From positions 1 to 64,000 of IMG/VR virus record IMGVR_UViG_3300035669_000001: 64,000 bases of DNA, one strand, 5' to 3'. Position 1 is the stretch's first letter. Each line of letters opens with the position of its first letter. This DNA comes from a virus. The translations under genes were made by a program, and so were the position numbers. This document shows positions 36,555-44,829 of this stretch, in pieces. The notes beneath the pieces were generated by a model. That model searched no databases. It was not told the origin of the DNA and saw only the letters and a program-made list of their open reading frames with translations.

Positions 36555-39338
36555 ATGGCGTTCAACGAACACTGCGCTCAGCGCGTCTACGACATCGTCT
36601 CCAAGATGGACGACGACGAGGCCCAGATGTTCGGCCTCCTGGTGGCCCACGACGTGTGGTCGCGTGACGTCCGGGCCAACGAGCGGTACCTCCGCCGGCT
36701 GAAGGACTCCTACGATGCCGAGGTCACGGACACGGTTGCCAAGGCCCTCCTCGAGCACCTGGACGAGGGCGGCGACCCTGAGGCTGCTGTGGCGGTCGCA
36801 GCGGCTGTGGCAGTCGCGAAGGACGACGACGACTGGTGGAAGTTCCAGGAGCGCGACAAGCAGGGTCGCTTCGGCCGGATGACCGGTGCCCAGTACCGGG
36901 CCAACCTGAAGGCGATCAAGGCCAGTGCCAAGCTGACCCAGGCTGAGCGCAAGGCGCAGCTGAAGGACGCCAGGTCCGGACGGGCCAACTACCTCAGCGG
37001 CTCGGGGCTCTACGTCGACGTCAAGGGAGGCGGTCAGGGAGTCGTCCGAGGTACCCAGAGGTTCGAGCAGGACTGGAACCGCCCACCGGACGAGGAGTCC
37101 AACGCCACCACCACCTTCAACCGGCTGAAGACCGGCGGCCAGACGGTGCAGGCCATCGGCGCCGCCACGGGCAGCCAGAAGCTAGCCATCGCGGGTGCGG
37201 TGGGCAACTACGCCGGTCAGTTCGGCCCGGAGGCCGAGAAGGTCGTCGGGCCCTCCATCCGGCGGACCGCCTACCGCTACCGGGGGACAGAGCGTCGTCC
37301 CGACGCTGCCTACGTGCAGATCGCCCAGGCCAACCTCAACGAGGTCAAGCGTGAGGGGCAGCCGGTCACTGCGGAGCAGAAAGCCTTCGCGGCCGAGACC
37401 GCGGCGATCCGGTACTTCCTCGGTGACGACCCGACGGCTGGCAAGCGGGGCGGTGGCTCACGCATCCCCAGTGCGAAGCTCTCCGGGCTGCACCGCGCCT
37501 CGGGCCGGATCACCCCCTCCGAGGGCATCATGATCGACGCCAACGGCAACATCGCCCACCAGGCGGTCGGCTACGGCGAGGACCACTACCTGCCCTTCAA
37601 CCTCAAGAACCTCTCCGCGCTCAAGGGCGGCTCCTACATCCGGACGCGCGAGAGCGGCGGTCTGACCACCGAGGACATCTACACCGGTCTGGTGGCCGGT
37701 GCGCGCTCGATGACGGTGGTGAGCAACTCCGGGGTCTTCACAGTGGACTACGCCGACGACCTGCGCGGAGGCAGGCGCTACAACGACAAGGCCCGGCAGA
37801 TGGTCAGCCGCTACGGCCAGACCCTGGACGCGATCCAGTCCGAGAAGGTGGCCAACCCGGAGCGCGGCCTGTCCTCGCGGGAGAGGGCGAAGATCCAGGT
37901 CGAGACCGAGCAGAAGATCAACGAGGACCCGATCCTGCGGTCCTTCCCCGACGACCAGAAGAAGTCCTGGGTCAAGGAGGCGATCCAGCGCGCCGAGTCC
38001 ACCACCCAGCTGTCCGAGGACGAGATCGCCGAGATCGACCGGAAGTCCAAGGAGCAGGGCAAGACCAAGTCCGACCAGGACATCTTGTTCCGTCAGCTGT
38101 ACGACGAGAAGATCGACGCGGTCAGCCGCCGGCACTACCGGTTGGACGGTGAGGGTTACGCCACCTCGATGGAGGCGCTGCGCGAGCAGTTCCCCTACTA
38201 CATCTCCAACATCAGCTACCGCACGGTCAAGAGCAACGACTCGCTGGCTCCCGACAGGTTCAACCGGGCCACCGACAAGGGCTACGTCAAGCCGCGGTTC
38301 AACCGGCCCGAGGGAGCCCAGTCGGGCTACTACGACGACACCATCACCGGCAGGGGCAAGACCAGCGCCGACCGGACGGACTACCAGAACTGGCGGGTCC
38401 GGGCCAAGCGCGGGGGAGATGTTGCGGCTGTTGCGGATGTTGCGGCAACCACGGGTGCCCCCAACAGCATGAAGGCCACCCAGGACAAGTTCGCGGCCGA
38501 GGCCAAGGAGAAGGCCGGCGACCCGTTGATGAACAACGCCATCATCTCCGACGCCGACTCCCTCAAGGCCACCCACGAGGCCTCCCGCGAGGCCAAGGCC
38601 GGTGGCATCGGGATGCAGTACGAGGGTGTGCACGAGTGGTTCAACGCCGACGACTCCGAGCGGCACGCCATCATGGCCGACCCGGCCCGCAGGGCGAAGC
38701 TCAAGGCCGACATCACCAAGGTGAAGCGGGACTACGCCAAGGAGTTCGGTTCCTCCGCGCCGCAGAACATCGAGTTTGCCGAGAAGAAGGCGAAGACCGC
38801 CATGATGAGCGACGAGGTCCTCGCGGCCGAGAAGGCCCCGGACACCCCGCTGCGGATCACCGACGAGCAGTTCGAGCAGGCGGCTCAGACCGACCACATC
38901 CGCAACCTCACCCAGCAGGAGGACCACGACCTGCAGGCGATCAGCCAGGACCTGCGTACCCAGCGCGCCCTCACGGCGAAGGCGGGCAACGACAAGGAGA
39001 CCACGTCGCTCACCCAGCAGATCACCGCGCTGGAGTACGCCCGCGCCCTCAAGGCCCGCACCACCGAGGTGCCGACCGACGTCTACGCCGAGATCGCCCA
39101 GCGCACCAGCCCGACCAAGGGCACGCTCACCCCGGTGCCGAAGGTCTCGTCGAGGGCCACGCTCACGTCCACCCAGGCCACTGAGCAGGTCCGCCGGCTG
39201 CACAACCAGCACCGGCTCGGGCTGATCGACGCCAACGAGTTCGAGCGGAGCGTCAGAGAGGTCATCGAGGACTCCGACATGGACGATAACGAGAAGCAGG
39301 TTGAGTACCGCCGTGCTACCGGGAACATCATGCGGTGA
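36555..39338 (+). CDS. Large head-associated protein with degenerate JAB-like domain
   Basis: VSKM/VAKA/VAKD sites, RDKQGRF, E-GIMIDANG...LKGGSYIRTR..GGLTTEDI. Confidence 0.7.
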   Translation: MAFNEHCAQRVYDIVSKMDDDEAQMFGLLVAHDVWSRDVRANERYLRRLKDSYDAEVTDTVAKALLEHLDEGGDPEAAVAVAAAVAVAKDDDDWWKFQERDKQGRFGRMTGAQYRANLKAIKASAKLTQAERKAQLKDARSGRANYLSGSGLYVDVKGGGQGVVRGTQRFEQDWNRPPDEESNATTTFNRLKTGGQTVQAIGAATGSQKLAIAGAVGNYAGQFGPEAEKVVGPSIRRTAYRYRGTERRPDAAYVQIAQANLNEVKREGQPVTAEQKAFAAETAAIRYFLGDDPTAGKRGGGSRIPSAKLSGLHRASGRITPSEGIMIDANGNIAHQAVGYGEDHYLPFNLKNLSALKGGSYIRTRESGGLTTEDIYTGLVAGARSMTVVSNSGVFTVDYADDLRGGRRYNDKARQMVSRYGQTLDAIQSEKVANPERGLSSRERAKIQVETEQKINEDPILRSFPDDQKKSWVKEAIQRAESTTQLSEDEIAEIDRKSKEQGKTKSDQDILFRQLYDEKIDAVSRRHYRLDGEGYATSMEALREQFPYYISNISYRTVKSNDSLAPDRFNRATDKGYVKPRFNRPEGAQSGYYDDTITGRGKTSADRTDYQNWRVRAKRGGDVAAVADVAATTGAPNSMKATQDKFAAEAKEKAGDPLMNNAIISDADSLKATHEASREAKAGGIGMQYEGVHEWFNADDSERHAIMADPARRAKLKADITKVKRDYAKEFGSSAPQNIEFAEKKAKTAMMSDEVLAAEKAPDTPLRITDEQFEQAAQTDHIRNLTQQEDHDLQAISQDLRTQRALTAKAGNDKETTSLTQQITALEYARALKARTTEVPTDVYAEIAQRTSPTKGTLTPVPKVSSRATLTSTQATEQVRRLHNQHRLGLIDANEFERSVREVIEDSDMDDNEKQVEYRRATGNIMR

Positions 39339-41506
39339 GCGTCCCCGCCTTTGACCAGGAGCCACTGACGCCCCAGGAGGCCTACCAGGTCGACTACGTC
39401 ATCCGAGGGGCACAGGGGGGCTCCACGCTGGCTGTGGCGGCCGCACTGGGCGGGGCCTTCCTGGTGTACCGGGCGTACATGCGGAGACGCCTGCGGGAGC
39501 GCATGGGCTCGCTGGAGGGCACCACGCCCGAGGAGGTGATGCGCGAGACCAACCAGGTGTTCTCCACCTTCATGCCCACCTGGACGGCGATGGCCGCACC
39601 TGCTCTCTTGCAGGGCTACCTGTCCGGGGTGGCCGAGACGGAGTTCGGGCTGGACGAGGCGTTCCTGTCCGAGCTGGCCGATAACTACGCCTACTCCCTC
39701 GGGATGCACATCAACCAGGTCTCCGGCGACGCTCTCGTGCGCGGGTACGCGGCCCAGGTGAACCGGAAGGTCCCGGCCAAGGTCGCCCTGGGCAACGTGA
39801 TCGACGCGGTCGGGGTGACCAACTCCCACATGCGGACTCTGAACGTGATGCTCTCGGGCAAGGAGGACGCCAAGCTCAGCGAGACCCTGATCCCCTCGGT
39901 CAAGAAGGCCAGGGCACAGCGCCAGGTGATGGCCGCCCTCAACCAGCGCGCCGAGGTGATCGGCGACTCGGAGTCCTGGAACGCCAAGCAGCAGGGCAAG
40001 CAGATCGCCTGGTTGTACGCCCAGCGTCAGGGGTTCATCCCCTCCACCGCTACCCGGGAGTGGATCACCGCCGACGACGAGCGGGTCTGCCCGTCCTGCG
40101 GCCCGCTGCACAAGGTGGAGCTGCCGGTCGCCGAGCAGTTCGACATCCCGAACGTCGGCAAGTTCTGGTCCCCGCCCGTGCACCCGAGGTGCCGCTGCGA
40201 CGTGCGTCTCAAGGTCGGCCTGGGGCAGATCATCGCCAACAACGTGGTCTTCGGGCAGTTCGGCCGGCAGTGGCTCAAGCCCGACGACGTCGAGGAGGTC
40301 GGAAAGTCCGACAACCCCCACGACAACGACTGGGACACCCAGCCGAGACAGAAGACCGGCAGGTTCGGCGCGCGTCCTGAGGTTCGTTTCAAGGAGGCTG
40401 ACGTCGACCTCGATGCGGCCATCGCCCAGGCCACCCAGGCGGCGCAGATCGAGGACGCGGTACCCAAGGGTCCGATCCTCGGGCGAACGGTGCTGGGAAA
40501 GCCAGGGGTGATAGGCGAGACGACACTGGGCAAGCCTCCGGTGCTCGGCCAGGTCGTCCTCGGCAAGCCTCCTGTCCTCGGCGGGTCCAAGCTCGAGTCG
40601 CAGGGTCTGCAGGCCCAGCGGATGAAGTCTCACGCCCTGCAGGGCCGCAAGCTGGACAAGAGCAAGCTGGACCATGCCAGGCGGATGGCCCGGGCCGAGA
40701 TGGACGGCCGGATCATGGCACTGCCCGGGGACATCTCGGGCACGGTGGTGGACGACGAGGTCAAGGCACCCGAACCCGACTACTCCGACCTGGTGCCCAC
40801 TCCGGAACCCATGTTCGCCGTTGCCGATCCGCGTTGGGTTATTCGTGGACCAAACACCGACTCGCGTTCAATCAACGCTTCCAACGGTATGTACCGGCTG
40901 GACGGAGCCGAGGTGATAGGCGGGGTGGACAAGCTCCAGGCCAAGATCGAGGAGCTCGAGGCCGAAGCTGACGACGAGTACCTGGAGTACCTCTTTGACA
41001 GTAATGAGGCGAGCTACTTCGACAACGAAACCGGTTGGGAGAGTCCCGTCCCCGAGCACGTCTACGCCGCAGCTATGGAGTGGGTTCGGGCCCAGGAACA
41101 GACAAACATGGCGGTGGCGGACTTCACGGTCGAGCTTGATGCGTACGGGCCGCTGTGGACCAAGGACGGCACGCCGGTGGAGGGAGGGTACAACCATCCT
41201 GACTACGAGGCCCTCTACGAGAACGGGGATATTGAGTTTGACCTGGTTGACAGCCAGTACGTGCAGATCTCTGACATCGCGGACAAACTGAGTCTTTGGG
41301 AGCACGTCAGCGATACTCAGCCCCGGATCATCCAGCTGGACAAGGTCAGGGGCAACGACGTCGACTACGACCCTGACGGTGCTCCTTATGCCCAGGTGAG
41401 CGATAGCTACAAGATGGACGGGATGTCCACGGTCACCATCAACGGGAGGCACTATGTGACCGCCCGACTCGAACCGGCCTGGCTGGACGAAGGCGGGAGA
41501 ATGTAG
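39335..41506 (+). CDS. MuF-like (gpF/SPP1 gp7) minor head protein with C-terminal extension
   Basis: EWITADDERVCPSCGPLH...PPVHPRCRC. Confidence 0.88.
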   Translation: MSVPAFDQEPLTPQEAYQVDYVIRGAQGGSTLAVAAALGGAFLVYRAYMRRRLRERMGSLEGTTPEEVMRETNQVFSTFMPTWTAMAAPALLQGYLSGVAETEFGLDEAFLSELADNYAYSLGMHINQVSGDALVRGYAAQVNRKVPAKVALGNVIDAVGVTNSHMRTLNVMLSGKEDAKLSETLIPSVKKARAQRQVMAALNQRAEVIGDSESWNAKQQGKQIAWLYAQRQGFIPSTATREWITADDERVCPSCGPLHKVELPVAEQFDIPNVGKFWSPPVHPRCRCDVRLKVGLGQIIANNVVFGQFGRQWLKPDDVEEVGKSDNPHDNDWDTQPRQKTGRFGARPEVRFKEADVDLDAAIAQATQAAQIEDAVPKGPILGRTVLGKPGVIGETTLGKPPVLGQVVLGKPPVLGGSKLESQGLQAQRMKSHALQGRKLDKSKLDHARRMARAEMDGRIMALPGDISGTVVDDEVKAPEPDYSDLVPTPEPMFAVADPRWVIRGPNTDSRSINASNGMYRLDGAEVIGGVDKLQAKIEELEAEADDEYLEYLFDSNEASYFDNETGWESPVPEHVYAAAMEWVRAQEQTNMAVADFTVELDAYGPLWTKDGTPVEGGYNHPDYEALYENGDIEFDLVDSQYVQISDIADKLSLWEHVSDTQPRIIQLDKVRGNDVDYDPDGAPYAQVSDSYKMDGMSTVTINGRHYVTARLEPAWLDEGGRM

Positions 41507-41508
41507 CC

Positions 41509-42360
41509 ATGGACGTACTGGAGGCTCTGCGCGCGCACGGTGAGGCTGGGGCGGCTGTCGTGGACCTGCTCTACGGCGAGGGTGCGGAGGAGGTTGTCAA
41601 GGCTCTCAGTGAGGACCGCAAGCGGAAGATCGCCACCGCCTCCAACGTGGTCGGGATCGGCGCTGGGCTGGCTGCCATCCCCGGTGCCACCCGCGACTTC
41701 CGGAACGCCGCGAAGACTGCCAGGGGTGCCAGTGACAAACCGGTCGGCGTCCTGAAGCCGGTGGGCAAGATCCGGGGCAACATCCGCGGTGGTCTCAAGG
41801 CCACCAAGAACTTCCTGGGCAAGCCGAAGACCGCGCTGGCACTGGCCGGCGGCGGTCTGGCCCTGCAGGCGGGGAACGTCGGCGGGGACTTCGTGACCAA
41901 CCAGGTCCTCCGCGCCGACCAGAAGAAGTCGGGCGTCTCCAAGGGGCTGACCGACATCGAGTGGACCGGCGAGTTCTCCAAGATGGACACCGACAAGCGC
42001 CAGGTGTTCGGGTGGGCCTCGGTCACCGCGGTCGACGGCGTCCCGGTGACCGACCTCCAGGAGGACGAGATCGACCTCGAGGAGATCGAGAAGGCCGCCT
42101 ACTCCTACGTGGCCAAGTCCCGGGTCGGCGGCAACATGCACAAGAAGACCATCGACGGCTCCCCGGTGCACGTCTCCGACATGATCGAGTCCTTCGTGGT
42201 CACCCCGGAGAAGAAGCAGACGCTGCACCTGGGCAACGACACCCCGGAAGGGTGGTGGGTCGGCTTCCAGGTCAACGACGACGAGACCTGGGACGCGGCC
42301 AAGAACGGCGAGCTGGTGGGCTTCTCGATCCACGGAACGGGAAAGAGGCGTGACGGCTGA
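41509..42360 (+). CDS. XkdF-like prohead serine protease with N-terminal extension
   Basis: KRQVFGWASV...DLQEDEI...EKAAY...NMH...IESF...PEGWWVG...TWDAAKNGELVGFSIHG. Confidence 0.9.
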   Translation: MDVLEALRAHGEAGAAVVDLLYGEGAEEVVKALSEDRKRKIATASNVVGIGAGLAAIPGATRDFRNAAKTARGASDKPVGVLKPVGKIRGNIRGGLKATKNFLGKPKTALALAGGGLALQAGNVGGDFVTNQVLRADQKKSGVSKGLTDIEWTGEFSKMDTDKRQVFGWASVTAVDGVPVTDLQEDEIDLEEIEKAAYSYVAKSRVGGNMHKKTIDGSPVHVSDMIESFVVTPEKKQTLHLGNDTPEGWWVGFQVNDDETWDAAKNGELVGFSIHGTGKRRDG

Positions 42361-43589
42361 TGCCCATGGTGAAGCTGGTGTTCGTCCCGGAGACGACGAA
42401 CAAGCCGACCAGGCAGTCCCACAACATCGTGGCGCTGCCCAAGATCGAGCCTCTGCAGGGCAAGGGGAAGCCCCAGTTCGGGCGCAACGGCAAGCCGGTC
42501 AGCAACGTCTCCGATGCGCTGTTCGGGCGCGGGGGAGGCGTCCACACCGACGTGATCCGCAAGGCCCTGAGCAGGGAGCAGAAGGTGGGCGTGGGAGCCG
42601 CCGGCGTGGTAGGTGCCGGGCTGGCAGCAGGTTCGGTCGGACGAGCGGTCAGATACGGCGGCCAGGCGCGCAACGCCTTCCGGGTGGCCCAGGGTTTTAG
42701 TCATGGCCCCGCCCACCAGGCCGGGGCCACCCTCAAGCAGTACGGCGCACATCGCAGGAAGATGGCTCTCCGCAACGTGGGTGCGGCGACAGTGGCGGGC
42801 GGGCTCCTGGCTGGCGGTACGGCCGCCACGATGTCCAGTGCCAACGCAGCGAACCAGCGCCGCACCGGTGTGGCCAAGATGAGTGACGCGGAGCTTCGCC
42901 ACCGCAAGCGCGTCCAGGCCGGGATCAGCATCGGCACCTCCACCCTCGGTCTCTCCGCGCTGGGGTCAAAGGCCGGGGCCGGTGTGCTCCGCAAGCTCAA
43001 CAAGGCCCCGGGTGCGGCCCATCGGCTGGACAAGGCAACCACCAACCTGCTCACCAGCGGTGCAGGACTGGGTGGGGTCGGTGGGTTCAACTTCGCCTCG
43101 GTGCAGCGCCAGGAGGCCAGGAAGCGGACGCCGGTGGTAAAGGCTTACGACCCCGAGCGCAACCGGGAACGCAGGGCCAGGCAGGAGGCCAAGGTGGCAG
43201 GAGTCGTCGGAGGTGCAGCGTCCGGCGGTGCGCTAGCGGCTGGAGGTCTCGCAGCACGACGTGGGTTTCAACGCCGGGACGAGACCACCCGGATAGGTAG
43301 TCCGGTGGAGCTCGAACAGGAGGTTCTCCCCGGTGGCGGCAAGACCCGACTGGACCCGAGGGGGCGAGTTCACCACGGGCCTGCTCGGAAGTTCCGGACG
43401 GCGAACTTCGGGGAGAAGATGTCCTCGGCGACCAAGGTCAAAGGGCTCAAGGCCAGCCAGGTGAGGGCGGGCAAGGTCGGTGTCGGACTGGCCGCGCTGG
43501 GCGTCGGCGGGCTGGTTGCGTCGGACCGGATCGCCTCCTACTCCCGGGGGAAGGGGCGGAAGTACTCACCCCGGTTCAAGCGGGACTGA
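42360..43589 (+). CDS. Basic Gly-rich modular protein (candidate polyprotein)
   Basis: Three cassettes starting at IRK|A, VAK|M, VVK|A, each with two Gly/Ala hydrophobic segments. Confidence 0.75.
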   Translation: MPMVKLVFVPETTNKPTRQSHNIVALPKIEPLQGKGKPQFGRNGKPVSNVSDALFGRGGGVHTDVIRKALSREQKVGVGAAGVVGAGLAAGSVGRAVRYGGQARNAFRVAQGFSHGPAHQAGATLKQYGAHRRKMALRNVGAATVAGGLLAGGTAATMSSANAANQRRTGVAKMSDAELRHRKRVQAGISIGTSTLGLSALGSKAGAGVLRKLNKAPGAAHRLDKATTNLLTSGAGLGGVGGFNFASVQRQEARKRTPVVKAYDPERNRERRARQEAKVAGVVGGAASGGALAAGGLAARRGFQRRDETTRIGSPVELEQEVLPGGGKTRLDPRGRVHHGPARKFRTANFGEKMSSATKVKGLKASQVRAGKVGVGLAALGVGGLVASDRIASYSRGKGRKYSPRFKRD

Positions 43590-43627
43590 ACGGGTTGCAG
43601 GCTAAGACAGAATTGTGGGTGAGGAAC

Positions 43628-44806
43628 ATGCCAAAGCTCAGTGATCTGAACATCGACGAGGTCAGCCTCGTGCGCAAGGGCGCCAACCAACATGCCCGGG
43701 TGGCAATCGCGAAGTCAGCAGGAGGAGAAGTGGACGAGGAGTACTTCGACCAGGAAGGAAACGCGGTCGACGTCGAGGAGCTCGAGCATGGCGACATCGT
43801 CTTCGACTCTGACGGTGAGGCCTACCAGTACGACGAGCCTGGTGACGATGACGACGAGGTCGAGAAGGCCCTGTACGTCGGTGGCCGCGAGGTCACCAGC
43901 CGGGTCGGACGTGCCGCTGGCAAGGCGTACATCGGAGCCGGCCGCAAGGCCAAGTCCGCCAACAAGTTCCGGATCCAGACAGGTGCGATTGCCGGGCAGG
44001 CAGCCCGCAGGGGCGCCAAGCGTGTATCCAGCGCTGCCGGTACGGGTGCCGGGTTCGTCGCCGGCAACGCCAAGCGTGGTGCAGGGGCAGTGGCGGGAGC
44101 CGCACGTAGCACCGGCACGGCAGCCGGGAACGCGGGCAACGCCATGGGCGGGGCGATCCGCGGGGCCGCGGCGCAGACCGAGGGCTTCCTGCGCACCGAG
44201 AACAACGCCTTCAACACCCGCGGCCGGATCGGCGCCCTCGGTGCCGGTGGTGTGCTCGCCGGTGCCGGTGGCGGCTACGCGGCAGGCAGCAACGGCCGGG
44301 TCCGCAAGAGCGCGTCCGACGACCTCCGGGAGGAGCTCTCCAAGGCACTCACCGACGACGACCGGGACGAGGTGATCGCGAAGGCCTTCGGGTACGTCGA
44401 ACAGGCCGAGCAGGTCGCCCAGGAGGCCTGGGAGATCGCCGAGGAGGAGCGGGAGAACCGCCGGGCTGCGGAGTTCTACGAGGTGGCCAAGTCCTACGAC
44501 ATGGTCCCGGTGGATACCGAGGACCTCGCGATCGCCATGATGCACATGGCCGACCTGCTGCCCGAGGAGGACGTGCAGGTCATCGCCAAGGCCCTGGGCT
44601 TTGCGGCCGACGTGGCCGACGAGCTCTACGAGGAGCAGGGCAACGTGGGCGGTGGCGACAACTCCGACGTGATGGAGCAGCTGCAGACGTTCGCGCGCAA
44701 CCGGGTCGCCAAGTCCGGTGAGGGCTCAGCCGAGCAGTACCTGGTCGATGCCCTCAACCATGACCCAGCGGTGTACGACCAGTACCTCGCGGACAACAGC
44801 CGCTGA
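43628..44806 (+). CDS. Scaffolding protein carrying the protease EVSLV..AN strand and a basic insert
   Basis: MPKLSDLNIDEVSLVRKGAN; eight [VIL]xK[SA] sites; C-terminal PAVYDQY; lies before decoration and capsid genes. Confidence 0.8.
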   Translation: MPKLSDLNIDEVSLVRKGANQHARVAIAKSAGGEVDEEYFDQEGNAVDVEELEHGDIVFDSDGEAYQYDEPGDDDDEVEKALYVGGREVTSRVGRAAGKAYIGAGRKAKSANKFRIQTGAIAGQAARRGAKRVSSAAGTGAGFVAGNAKRGAGAVAGAARSTGTAAGNAGNAMGGAIRGAAAQTEGFLRTENNAFNTRGRIGALGAGGVLAGAGGGYAAGSNGRVRKSASDDLREELSKALTDDDRDEVIAKAFGYVEQAEQVAQEAWEIAEEERENRRAAEFYEVAKSYDMVPVDTEDLAIAMMHMADLLPEEDVQVIAKALGFAADVADELYEEQGNVGGGDNSDVMEQLQTFARNRVAKSGEGSAEQYLVDALNHDPAVYDQYLADNSR

Positions 44807-44829
44807 CCGGCGAAGGAGGATAGAACACC

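Noticed and set aside
38418-38450. TGTTGCGG repeated three times at 9-nt period
   Set aside because: In-frame microduplication encoding DVAAVADVAA in a linker; no evidence for a regulatory role.
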